DNA of 63,937 bases, the filler included, from Candidatus Woesearchaeota archaeon (GTDB lineage Archaea > Nanobdellota > Nanobdellia > Woesearchaeales > J072), in assembly GCA_003695265.1 (NCBI GenBank). It is 8 parts of 8 records of this genome, joined end to end, with 100 filler letters (N's around TTAATTAATTAA, not from the genome) between each part and the next. Parts side by side here need not be neighbours in the genome. Positions count along the whole stretch, not along the records: positions 31,546 to 47,248 come from RFII01000025.1; positions 47,349 to 58,941 come from RFII01000026.1; 6 more parts are not named here. One strand, written 5' to 3'. A program made the translations under genes and the position numbers. The notes beneath the pieces are model-generated. The model worked only from the letters and a program-made list of their open reading frames with translations, was not told the origin of the DNA and did no database searches. Below are positions 39,802-49,354 of the stretch, one piece after another (the stretch's first letter is position 1; every line of letters starts with the position of its first letter).

Positions 39802-39898
39802 AGCTTAATCGTGATAGTTCTTGATGGTAAAGGGGCGGTGCGGGCGGGACTAAAAAATTTACATATTGCATAAAAACTTTTACAATCTCCCAACACAA
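39802..39898. repeat. Dispersed intergenic element, copy 2
   Basis: Same-orientation copy of 37475-37560. Confidence 0.85.
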
Positions 39899-40008
39899 AA
39901 AAATTGGCCTAAACCCGAAAAAACAATTGTTAATGATAAATTCTAAGCAGGCTAGGAGTATTCACAACATTCTGAAAGTATTTAAATCATAACATATTCC
40001 CAAACAAA

Positions 40009-42615
40009 ATGATGGAAGTAAAGAAAAAGCCCAACACAAAACAAGAAATCATGAATATTCTGCATCCTTACGTGAAAGAATGGTTCTTTAATGAGTTTGA
40101 AGAATTCTCCTTGCCACAGCTGTTTGGAGTTATGGAGATTCATTCAAGAAACAATGTTCTGATAAGTGCTCCGACCGGCGCTACAAAGACTCTGACTGCG
40201 TTCCTCTCAATCCTGAACGAGCTGATTGACAATGCTGAGAAAGGAATTTTAGAGGACAGGGTTTACGCTGTTTACGTTTCTCCTTTGAAAGCTTTGAATT
40301 ATGATATTGAGGTCAACCTTGTTGAGCCGCTTAAGAAGATTGAGAAGATTGCCGGCAAAGAGCTCGGAATTAGGGTTGCTGTCAGGACTGGAGACACGTC
40401 ACCTTCAGAAAGGGCTAAAATGCTTCGTAAGCCGCCGCACATCCTGATAACAACTCCTGAATCATTAGCGATTCTCTTAACAACGATAAAGTTTAAGGAA
40501 TTGCTAAGAAATGTGGAGTGGCTGGTTGTTGACGAGATTCACGCCATGGCTGAGAACAAGCGTGGCGTGCATCTCTCGCTCTCCATGGAGCGACTGCAGA
40601 GGCTTGCAGAGCACGTCACAAGAGTTGGTCTCTCAGCGACTATCAGCCCTTTGGAAGATGTTGCTAGGTTTCTAGTGGGTTATGAGAATGGAAGAGAGAG
40701 GGATTGCAAGATTGTGGATGTGCAGTTCATAAAAGAGCTTGACCTAAAGGTTTTGAGCCCCGTGCCTGACTTGATAAACACAACTCATGAAGAGATGCAT
40801 GAGAAGATGTACGAGCTCATAAACAGGCTGATTCAGGACCATAAAACAACCCTTATTTTTACAAACACCAGATCAGCCACTGAGAGAGTTGTTGATTATT
40901 TAAAGGATAAGTTCCCTAAGAATTATGGTGTTGACGAGGACGGCTCGTTGAGGATTGGCGCGCACCATAGCTCTTTGTCAAAAAGGCTTAGGAGAAAGGT
41001 TGAGGAGGAGCTGCGCGAAGGAAAATTAAAAGTTGTTGTGAGCAGCACTTCATTAGAATTAGGAATTGACATTGGCTACATAGACCTCGTGATACTACTT
41101 GGAAGCCCGAAATCTGTTGCCAGGGCACTTCAGAGGTGCGGCAGGTCAGGGCATAAGCTGCACGAAAAGGCTAAAGGCAGGATTATTGTTCTTGACAGGG
41201 ACGACCTCGTTGAGTGCGCCGTCCTGCTCAAGTCAGCCGTTGAGAAAAAAATAGACAGGATTCACATTCCGAGGAATTGCCTTGACGTGCTGGCTCAGCA
41301 GGTTTATGGCATTGCAATATCTGAGAGGATTCATGTTGACGAGCTTTTTGAGCTTGTTAAGAGAAGTTATTGTTATCATGACTTGGAACGGCTTGATTTT
41401 ATGGAAGTTATTGACTACCTTTCAGGCAAGTTTGCCTCTCTGGAGGACAGGCATGTTTACGCGAAAATATGGTTTGACCCTGAGACAGGAATGATTGGCC
41501 GTAAAGGCAAGATGAGCAGGGTTATTTACATGACTAATATTGGCACAATACCTGACGAGAGCTTTATTAACGTGAAGTTAGGCAACCAGACCATAGGCAA
41601 GATTGATGAGGCGTTCCTTGAACGCCTCAAAAGAGGTGATGTTTTCGTGCTCGGAGGCGAGAAGTATGAGTTCTTGTACGCTCGTGGGATGAACGCTTAC
41701 GTGAGTTCTTCTGTTTACAGGCCTCCCACAATACCCAACTGGTTTTCTGAAATGCTTCCCTTAAGCTTTGACTTAGCCAATGAGATAGGAAAGTTCAGGA
41801 AGCTTATTGATGAAAAGTTCAGGCATAAAAAGCCAAAACAGGAAATTATTGAGTTTATTAATAATTACTTGTACGTTGACAAGAACGGCGCCGAGGCAAT
41901 ATATAATTACTGCAAGGAGCAGTTTGACTATGCTGTTATTCCGACTGACAAGAGAATCCTAATAGAGTTTTATGATGATGAGAAGCAAAAGTACATTGTG
42001 TTTCATTCGCTTTTTGGCAGGCGCGTGAATGACTGCTTGAGCAGGGCTGTTGGTTACGTTGTTTCAAGGCTTCAGCACAGTGACGTTGAAATAGGCATAA
42101 CTGACAACGGGTTTTACATTGGCGTTAAGAGATTCCTAAGCATGGAAAACGTGTTTAAAGTCTTGAAGTCAAGCAAGCTAGAAGTGCTGATGAAACTTGC
42201 AATCGAAAACACAGAAGTATTGAAGAGGCGTTTTAGGCATTGTGCTGTCCGCTCCTTAATGATTTTGAGGAATTACCGCGGTCGGGAAAAAAGGGTTGGC
42301 AGGCAGCAGGTGAGTTCAATGATATTGATTAATGCGTTGAAGAGGATAAGCGATGACTTCTCAATACTAAAGGAGGCCCGCCGCGAGGTTTTGGAGGATG
42401 TGATGGACATAAAGAACACGGAAAGCGTTCTTAAAAAAGTGGAGAATGGCTCGATAAAGTTAGAGACAATAACAACAAGCATTCCAAGCCCCTTTGCTTT
42501 CAACATTGTTTTGCAGGGCTACACTGACATGTTCAGGATTGAGGACAGGATAGAATTCCTTAGGAGAATGCATCAAAACGTTCTGGCAAAGATATCTTTA
42601 AAGAAGAAATCATAA
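40009..42615 (+). CDS. lhr: Lhr-family SF2 helicase (Lhr-core)
   Basis: APTGATKT, SPLKAL, DEIH, SAT, SLELGIDIG, QRCGRSGH, IGTIPD. Confidence 0.93.
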   Translation: MMEVKKKPNTKQEIMNILHPYVKEWFFNEFEEFSLPQLFGVMEIHSRNNVLISAPTGATKTLTAFLSILNELIDNAEKGILEDRVYAVYVSPLKALNYDIEVNLVEPLKKIEKIAGKELGIRVAVRTGDTSPSERAKMLRKPPHILITTPESLAILLTTIKFKELLRNVEWLVVDEIHAMAENKRGVHLSLSMERLQRLAEHVTRVGLSATISPLEDVARFLVGYENGRERDCKIVDVQFIKELDLKVLSPVPDLINTTHEEMHEKMYELINRLIQDHKTTLIFTNTRSATERVVDYLKDKFPKNYGVDEDGSLRIGAHHSSLSKRLRRKVEEELREGKLKVVVSSTSLELGIDIGYIDLVILLGSPKSVARALQRCGRSGHKLHEKAKGRIIVLDRDDLVECAVLLKSAVEKKIDRIHIPRNCLDVLAQQVYGIAISERIHVDELFELVKRSYCYHDLERLDFMEVIDYLSGKFASLEDRHVYAKIWFDPETGMIGRKGKMSRVIYMTNIGTIPDESFINVKLGNQTIGKIDEAFLERLKRGDVFVLGGEKYEFLYARGMNAYVSSSVYRPPTIPNWFSEMLPLSFDLANEIGKFRKLIDEKFRHKKPKQEIIEFINNYLYVDKNGAEAIYNYCKEQFDYAVIPTDKRILIEFYDDEKQKYIVFHSLFGRRVNDCLSRAVGYVVSRLQHSDVEIGITDNGFYIGVKRFLSMENVFKVLKSSKLEVLMKLAIENTEVLKRRFRHCAVRSLMILRNYRGREKRVGRQQVSSMILINALKRISDDFSILKEARREVLEDVMDIKNTESVLKKVENGSIKLETITTSIPSPFAFNIVLQGYTDMFRIEDRIEFLRRMHQNVLAKISLKKKS

Positions 42616-43242
42616 TGCTTTAATCTCTTCCCGTAGCTGAGATATTTCTGTTAAGAGTTGTGCTATCAAATGGTCTGATTCAAGCTTTTTTGTTTCTAAC
42701 ATTGATGTTATTTTAGCTCTGGTTGTTTCTGCTTCGGCAAGCAGCCTTCCATACTTCACAGGGTCTGCTGACTTATAATACCTCATTGACACTTGCGCGG
42801 GATTATATTTTTTGATTATTTTATTTATTCTCCTGTAAGCATTTGCCTCTGCTCTTTCTTTTTTCGCAATTCTCTTCTTTAGATCAGAAACAGCATTTTT
42901 TATTAGGTTGTATGCTTCCACATAGTTTCCTTGCCTTATTGTATAAACGATTTTCTTGTGTTTCTCAAAAATAGAATTCCATTCGCTGCCTTCTTTCCTG
43001 TAGCCAAGAATGCTTATTATGAAATCCCTGTCTTTGTAATCAAAAGTCCTTGACCTTGATGACGGCATCATCACGTCAATAAATGGTGTTAACTGCCTTA
43101 GAATTTCTTGGCTTAAAATAAAGTGCTTTGATTCAAGCTCGTCAAACGATTTTTTTTCTATGTCCTGCAGCTTTTCCTCAATCTCAACTATTTTATCCTT
43201 TGCAGATTGGTCGAAAACCCTCTTTTTTCTGAAAATAAGCAT
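42610..43242 (-). CDS. Hypothetical helical protein
   Basis: 210-aa ORF fills the intergenic space; TATA-like box upstream. Confidence 0.6.
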   Translation of the reverse strand: MLIFRKKRVFDQSAKDKIVEIEEKLQDIEKKSFDELESKHFILSQEILRQLTPFIDVMMPSSRSRTFDYKDRDFIISILGYRKEGSEWNSIFEKHKKIVYTIRQGNYVEAYNLIKNAVSDLKKRIAKKERAEANAYRRINKIIKKYNPAQVSMRYYKSADPVKYGRLLAEAETTRAKITSMLETKKLESDHLIAQLLTEISQLREEIKAL

Positions 43243-43338
43243 ACAAACTTTTTTTATTAAAATCGTGATATAAATATTTTTTTGTAATTGGCAAGTTTTT
43301 TATACTAAAAACTCATTTTATGCAGCAGAGGGGTTTTT

Positions 43339-44607
43339 ATGAGAATAATTGCTGATTTGCATCTTCACGGGAAGTATTCCAGGGCTACGAGCTCCGCACT
43401 TGACATACCAAATCTTGAGAAATGGGCTCGTGTTAAGGGTGTTGATCTTCTTGGAACAGGAGATTTCCAGCACCCGTTGTGGTATAAGCACTTAAAGCAA
43501 AGCCTGAGAATTGACGAGTACGGTGTTTTGAGGACTAAAACAAATTTTCCTTTTTTGTTCTCAACAGAGATAAGCCTTATTTACACTCAAGGTGGTAAAG
43601 GAAGGAAAATCCATAATATTGTTCTAGCGCCAAGCTTTGAGGTTGTAGATCAGGTGATTGATGAGCTTGGCAGGAAAGGAAGGCTTGATTATGACGGAAG
43701 ACCTATTTTTGGAATGAGCTGCGTTGAATTTGTTGAGATGATGAAAGAAATAAGTGATGATATAGAGATTATTCCTGCGCACGTTTGGACTCCGTGGTTT
43801 AGTCTTTTCGGCTCTAATTCCGGCTTTGACTCAATAAGGGAGTGCTTCGCTGACCAGACAAAGCACATTCACGCCATTGAGACAGGGTTGAGCAGCGATC
43901 CTGCCATGAATTGGCGCCTCAGCCAATTGGACGGCTTAAGCATTGTCAGCTTTTCTGACTCGCACAGTTTTTGGCCTTGGCGCCTAGGCAGGGAGGCAAC
44001 GGTTTTTGACACGAGGCTTGAGTATGATGAGATTATCAAAGCTATTAGGACAGGGAAAGGCCTTTCAGGAACAATAGAAGTTGATCCGAGTTATGGGAAG
44101 TACCATTTTGACGGGCACCGCGCTTGCAATGTTGTGCTCGAGCCAAAAGAATCCATCAAGCTAGGCAATGTTTGCCCGCGCTGCAAGAGAAAGCTTACAA
44201 TAGGAGTCGCTAACAGGGTTGAAGAGCTGGCAGACAGGGAGGAAGGTTATAAGCCTGAAGGAGCAAAGCCGTTTAAGACTTTAATACCCTTATCTGAGCT
44301 CATAAGCGCAGTGCTTGGAGTGAAGCAGTTATACTCAAAAAAAGTGTGGGAAATTCATAACTTGTTGTTAAAGCGTTTCGGCTCCGAATTTAATGTTTTG
44401 TTGAACGCTGATTTTAATGAGCTAAAAAATATTGTTGGGGAAAAGCTCGCTGATGTGATTATCAAGAACAGGAGAGGAGAAATAAAAGTTAGGCCTGGCT
44501 ATGACGGCGTTTACGGCACCCCCCTAATTGGGAAAAGCCCGGAGCAAAAAAGAGAGGTTGGTTTGGAAGAAAAGGAGAGACAGGTGGGCTTGAGAAAATA
44601 CTTTTAG
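43339..44607 (+). CDS. Endonuclease Q family (PHP domain plus Zn ribbon)
   Basis: DLHLHGKYSRATS, GTGDF, PAHVWTPW, ETGLSSD, SDSHS, GKYHFDGHRAC, CPRC. Confidence 0.92.
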   Translation: MRIIADLHLHGKYSRATSSALDIPNLEKWARVKGVDLLGTGDFQHPLWYKHLKQSLRIDEYGVLRTKTNFPFLFSTEISLIYTQGGKGRKIHNIVLAPSFEVVDQVIDELGRKGRLDYDGRPIFGMSCVEFVEMMKEISDDIEIIPAHVWTPWFSLFGSNSGFDSIRECFADQTKHIHAIETGLSSDPAMNWRLSQLDGLSIVSFSDSHSFWPWRLGREATVFDTRLEYDEIIKAIRTGKGLSGTIEVDPSYGKYHFDGHRACNVVLEPKESIKLGNVCPRCKRKLTIGVANRVEELADREEGYKPEGAKPFKTLIPLSELISAVLGVKQLYSKKVWEIHNLLLKRFGSEFNVLLNADFNELKNIVGEKLADVIIKNRRGEIKVRPGYDGVYGTPLIGKSPEQKREVGLEEKERQVGLRKYF

Positions 44608-44649
44608 AGCATAACAACATTTAAAAATAATTGCTTTTTTCTTTTTGCC

Positions 44650-45906
44650 ATGTTGAATCGTGTTGTTATTACAGGGATGGGTGTTGTGAGCCCAATAGGA
44701 ATTGGGTTAAACGCTTATGAAGAAGCTTTAAAGGCAGGCAAGTCAGGGGTTGGGCCTCTTACAAAAGCAGAGGACAACGAGGGTTTGAGTGTGACCATAG
44801 CAGCTGAAGTGAAAGATTTCTCTCCAGAGGATTACCTTGACAAGAAGACTGTTCAGCGCACTGACCTTTTCACGCAGTACGCTCTTGTTGCGGCGCAGCA
44901 AGCGTTGAGTGACGCAGGACTTTTGAATAATGGGAAAATAAGTATGAACCCAGACAAAGTCATAGCTGTAATTGGTACTGGAGTTGGGGGTTTTGGGACA
45001 ATTCAGGAGCAAACAAAGGTTATGTATGAGAAAGGCCCAAAAAGAGTTCATCCTCTTACTGTTCCTAAACTAATGCCTAATGCTGCTGCTGGAATGAGCT
45101 CGTTAGAGTATCACATTCTCGGAAACACGAAAACAGTGAACAGCGCTTGCAGCTCAGCAAACGATGCTATTATTGACGCTTATGACAAGCTTCGGCTTGG
45201 CAGGGCGCAAGTAGCAGTAAGTGGGGGTGTTGAAGCTGCGATTACAAAAATTACTGTTGCCGCATTCGCTAATATGGGCGCTTTGACAAAAGAGTTTAAT
45301 GATGATCCTGAGCACGCTTCAAGGCCGTTTGACAAGAACAGGAGCGGCTTTGTGATTGGTGAAGGAGCAGGAATACTTGTTATGGAAACATTATACCATG
45401 CTCGAAAGAGGGGAGCAGAGATTTACGCGGAAATTCTCGGTTATGGGGCGAGCAGCGACTCATTCCATATCACTGCTCCTGCAGAGGATGGTTCTGGAGC
45501 TGTCAGAGCATTGGAAGGCGCTTTAGCAATGTCCGGAGTTTCTGCAAGCGAGGTTGATTACATTAATGCTCACGGCACTTCTACTAAGCTGAATGACCGC
45601 ATGGAAACAGCTGCTATAAGGGCAGTCTTCGGAGATCATGCTGACAGGCTTCTTGTGAGCTCTACAAAATCAATGCTGGGCCATTTGCTCGGCGGCGCCG
45701 GCGGAGTTGAGCTAATCGCAACCATTCTCGGAATGAAGCACGGCTTTGTGCCTCCAACAATTAATTATGAGACTCCAGACCCTGAATGCGACCTTAATTA
45801 CGTGCCTAACCATGCTGGTGACGAAAAAATATCTGTTGCAATATCTAACTCTTTTGGTTTTGGCGGGCATAACGTCAGCATTCTGGTTAGGGACTGGAAG
45901 GATTAA
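44650..45906 (+). CDS. fabF: Beta-ketoacyl-ACP synthase II
   Basis: RVVITGMG, catalytic SACSS, NAHGTST and GHLLG, SNSFGFGGHN. Confidence 0.94.
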   Translation: MLNRVVITGMGVVSPIGIGLNAYEEALKAGKSGVGPLTKAEDNEGLSVTIAAEVKDFSPEDYLDKKTVQRTDLFTQYALVAAQQALSDAGLLNNGKISMNPDKVIAVIGTGVGGFGTIQEQTKVMYEKGPKRVHPLTVPKLMPNAAAGMSSLEYHILGNTKTVNSACSSANDAIIDAYDKLRLGRAQVAVSGGVEAAITKITVAAFANMGALTKEFNDDPEHASRPFDKNRSGFVIGEGAGILVMETLYHARKRGAEIYAEILGYGASSDSFHITAPAEDGSGAVRALEGALAMSGVSASEVDYINAHGTSTKLNDRMETAAIRAVFGDHADRLLVSSTKSMLGHLLGGAGGVELIATILGMKHGFVPPTINYETPDPECDLNYVPNHAGDEKISVAISNSFGFGGHNVSILVRDWKD

Positions 45907-45927
45907 TTAAAAAACAGAAAAGAATGT

Positions 45928-47248
45928 TTAAACGCCTGTCACGCAACCCTGTTCTACTTGGCCTAAGAATAAATCATCATATCTTCCGCCTAAATCATTA
46001 GGTATAAAACTGCTTAGTGGATGCCCATAATAATAAGCTGTTTCTAATTCGTACCTTAAATTGCAGTCATACCAGCAGCCCACATCATAAGGAATGGCGC
46101 TTTGGTTGTACCAGCAACGAGCACTGTACCAATTACAATCCAAATGCTCATAACAACAGTTAATGTCTTCACAACATCCCGGCGGGCCAGAGTAACAATC
46201 ACACATGTAACCTCCGCAGTGCGCTGGAACCCATTCGCAATACTGATGAGAAGCACATTCTGATTCTGTATCATACATGCATAAGTCTGGTGGCACTTCG
46301 CAAGCCTCATAATAATTTCCCACATCCGTGTCTGTGTCAAAGCTTAAGGATTGGTCATTAACATAGGATGTGGCGCATACGCATGTTTCAGGATCAACCC
46401 TTGTGTCCATGTCGCATGCCTGGCATGGTCCTAAGTCATACTGTGTGAAGTGGCCTATTGAAAGGCCGTTTATGAGTTCATAAGATGTTAGGTTAATGTC
46501 GCATTGCTCGTTCCCTTCTATTATTCCATTGCCGCAAACTGGCTGCGCAGAGCCGCAGTCTGGCTCGCAAAAACAGGGCAGCACGCTTATAGCATTAGTA
46601 ACATTCCAATCAGATATGTTCCAACAAGGCTGCCTGGAAGGATCCCTTGTCTCAGTATTTCCAAAAGATGCGTTATCACAAAAGAAGAAAAAAAAAAAAG
46701 TGCAGCACGTATCCATATCACCAGTAGGCTTCATTACAAAAGGACTGCCACTGCCGCCGCCTCCGCCACCTCCGCAGAGCAAAGCAGCCTGGCCAAGACC
46801 ACCTAGACCAACCTTAAACTGACACATCACAGCGTTACCAGTAGCGCTAACACCAGAACCCTGCTGAGCAGCACCACCTCCCTTAAACCAAGCAACATGC
46901 CAAGCCTTACTAGCATTATTAACCCAGTTAGAAGTCCAACCAGCACCGGGATTCATATTCCTAAAATCCTGAATTCCAGTAGAAACAGCCAGACAAGGAT
47001 CCATTTCACTATCAACCAAACACCCCTCAGAAGGCTCCAAATGTTGATCGCCCGGAGGATAATTAAGAGCATTACAAAAAGAACCCGGATCAAGCTGACA
47101 AGAAGGACAATCCAAGGCACAAAAATTATCATACCCTTCCTCGCCAGCGTCACAAACACCATCACCACAAGTGCCAGTCAAAGCAGAACCAACGCCAGTA
47201 GCGCTTTCAGAAGCAACACTAACACCACTCCTCAAATTACGCTCAACA
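45928..47248 (-). CDS. Cysteine-rich extracellular-type protein, 5' truncated
   Basis: CGDGVCDAGE and CGNGIIEGNEQCD motifs, poly-Gly linker; frame runs to the contig end. Confidence 0.65.
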
Positions 47249-47348
47249 NNNNNNNNNNNNNNNNNNNNNNNNNNNNNNNNNNNNNNNNNNNNTTAATTAA
47301 TTAANNNNNNNNNNNNNNNNNNNNNNNNNNNNNNNNNNNNNNNNNNNN
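47249..47348. other. Artificial contig spacer
   Basis: N-run with TTAATTAATTAA. Confidence 0.98.
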
Positions 47349-47349
47349 A

Positions 47350-47505
47350 GGTGCTCAGAAATTGTATATTTCTGGCACCCCAGAAATGTGCGAAGCACAT
47401 TTCTCGTGGTTTGAGCAAATCCTGTCATGCGGGATGTTCAGAGTCGAGCCTAAAATCCCATAAGCAATGGAAGAGTTTGGCGAAAGTCCCCGCAGGTCCG
47501 CTTTT
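47350..47505 (+). ncRNA. Structured RNA-like segment ending in a tRNA-like 3' end (possibly an intron-containing tRNA with its 5' part lost in the gap)
   Basis: Four consecutive hairpins, including perfect AGAAATGTGC-GAA-GCACATTTCT; ends AAGT-CCCCG-CAGGTCC-G followed by a T-tract. Confidence 0.35.
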
Positions 47506-47508
47506 AAA

Positions 47509-48480
47509 ATGAAAAGATCAACACAGCTGGCGTTAGCATTCCTTATTGGTTTTGTCCTGATAATAATTGTTTACAGAAACATAGGCTTATTGAACCTTGT
47601 AAAAACACTCGCAGCAACATCACTGAGGCTTTTCCTTCTTTACGTTCTTATAATCATCACCCTGCTTAACCTTCTAAACTTCAGGTGGTGGCTCATACTT
47701 CGCTCGCAAGGTCACACAATACCATTCTTTAAAATGCTCAGCTACCGCATGGCAGGCTACGCCGTAAGCTACGTCACGCCAAGCGCACACATCGGCGGAG
47801 AGCCTGTAAGGGCATACTTGCTGAAAAGAGAAAAAATACCCTTTTCAACAGCTTTCTCATCAGTGTTGATTGACAGGTCTGTTGATTTGACTACTAACGC
47901 GTTTTTCTCAGTTCTGGGGTGCGTTATTGTCATCATAAATTTTGTACTTACCCCCAACACAATCCTGCTGGCAATAACCCTGACAGCAATATTTGTTCTT
48001 TTTATATTCCTGTTTTATTATAATGTTCTCAGAGGGAAAGGGTTCTTTATACCCTTATTTAGGTTTTTAAAATTGAACAAGTTATTCGGCAGGAACGAGA
48101 AAAAATTAGAGCAGATTGAGTCAAACCTAATCAAATTTTTCAGGCACAAAAAGAAAGAATTCCTCACTACTTTCCTGCTTTCTCTAATAATATGGGCTGT
48201 GATGTTTCTCGAGTACAAGTTCGCGCTTTTAATGCTTGGCTTTAATGTTTCCTGGCTTCAGGTGTTTTTAATAATTGCAGGAGTGGGCATAGCTTATATA
48301 ATTCCAATTCCCGCTGCTCTCGGAATACTTGAGGCAGCCCAGGTCTCCCTTTTCACAATACTAAATCTGGGAGGTGCAATCGGCCTTGCATTAAGCCTTA
48401 TAGTCAGGCTAAAAGACACAATCTTCACAATCATAGGGTTTGCAATCCTTTTCTTTTTCGGAGTAAGGAGATACCCTTAA
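47509..48480 (+). CDS. Lysylphosphatidylglycerol-synthase TM-domain / flippase-like membrane protein (UPF0104)
   Basis: RWWLIL, VTPSAHIGGEPVRAY, IDR, IPIPAALGILE. Confidence 0.88.
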   Translation: MKRSTQLALAFLIGFVLIIIVYRNIGLLNLVKTLAATSLRLFLLYVLIIITLLNLLNFRWWLILRSQGHTIPFFKMLSYRMAGYAVSYVTPSAHIGGEPVRAYLLKREKIPFSTAFSSVLIDRSVDLTTNAFFSVLGCVIVIINFVLTPNTILLAITLTAIFVLFIFLFYYNVLRGKGFFIPLFRFLKLNKLFGRNEKKLEQIESNLIKFFRHKKKEFLTTFLLSLIIWAVMFLEYKFALLMLGFNVSWLQVFLIIAGVGIAYIIPIPAALGILEAAQVSLFTILNLGGAIGLALSLIVRLKDTIFTIIGFAILFFFGVRRYP

Positions 48481-48481
48481 A

Positions 48482-49303
48482 ATGAACCTTGAATCATTCA
48501 AGACAAATGAAGGGATAAAGCTTAATTACCAATTAATAACCCAAAAAGGCAGCAAGGCAAACCTCGTTCTTGTTCACGGCTACTCGGGCAACCACACAGT
48601 CTGGCTTAATGTCATAAAGAATTTAAAGCAAAAATACAACATTCTGCTTTTTGACTTGAGAGGCCACGGGCTTTCGGACAAGCCAAAGAAAAAATCCCTT
48701 TACACAATACCCAACTTTGTTTCTGACCTTGAAGCCCTCATAAACCACACAAAGCTGAAAAACGTTTACCTTGTCGGGTACTCTTCAGGCGGCCTCTTTA
48801 GCATGTATTACTCCTTAAAGCATAAAAAAAACGTTAAGGGAATCATCCTGATAAGCACGAACCACACTAACTTTTTGAAATTCAGGCTCCCTTTTCTTGA
48901 CTCGCTGACCTTTCTTGTTAAAGGAATCTTCAATACATGTGCTTTTTTATTCAGGAACTTTAATAAGAAAAAATATAATTTTTTGGATTACACTAAGCTC
49001 AAGAGTAAAAGCCCTGTTTTTAAAGAGCTCTCATTAGTGCCGTTAGACATTTATTTCTGGTGCATAAACACACTTCTGGATAAAAACATGGAAGGAAAAA
49101 TTAATGAAATAGATGTTCCTGTCCTGATTGTGAGGGGATCAAAAGACTTATTAACAACAAGACGCGAATGCTCTTATCTTGCAAAAAAAATAAGGAGCTC
49201 AGAGTTCAAAACAATTCTCAACATTGACCACCACATTGTCTTAAACAAGCCTAAAAAAGTCGCAAGCCTGATTGACAGCTTCATAGCAAAGCAAAACAAC
49301 TGA
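48482..49303 (+). CDS. Alpha/beta hydrolase
   Basis: VHGYSG, DLRGHGLS, GYSSGG nucleophile elbow, GSKD, DHH. Confidence 0.9.
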   Translation: MNLESFKTNEGIKLNYQLITQKGSKANLVLVHGYSGNHTVWLNVIKNLKQKYNILLFDLRGHGLSDKPKKKSLYTIPNFVSDLEALINHTKLKNVYLVGYSSGGLFSMYYSLKHKKNVKGIILISTNHTNFLKFRLPFLDSLTFLVKGIFNTCAFLFRNFNKKKYNFLDYTKLKSKSPVFKELSLVPLDIYFWCINTLLDKNMEGKINEIDVPVLIVRGSKDLLTTRRECSYLAKKIRSSEFKTILNIDHHIVLNKPKKVASLIDSFIAKQNN

Positions 49304-49354
49304 TTTACAACAACTAAATTTAAATATGCTTCTTTTCAACATAATCATTACAAT

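Noticed and set aside
37475..39898. Diversity-generating retroelement TR/VR pair
   Set aside because: There is an adenine bias in the mismatches, but two mismatches are not at A, there is an indel, neither copy lies at the 3' end of a credible target gene, and no reverse transcriptase is in the window.
47413..47500. c-di-GMP-I riboswitch or group I intron core
   Set aside because: Only fragments resemble them (GCAAA, GCCTAAA, TTCAGAG). The GNRA tetraloop and a canonical P7 pairing are missing.
47467..47508. ORF-track start of the UPF0104 protein
   Set aside because: Overlaps the structured RNA-like segment; ATG 47509 gives a normal N-terminus.
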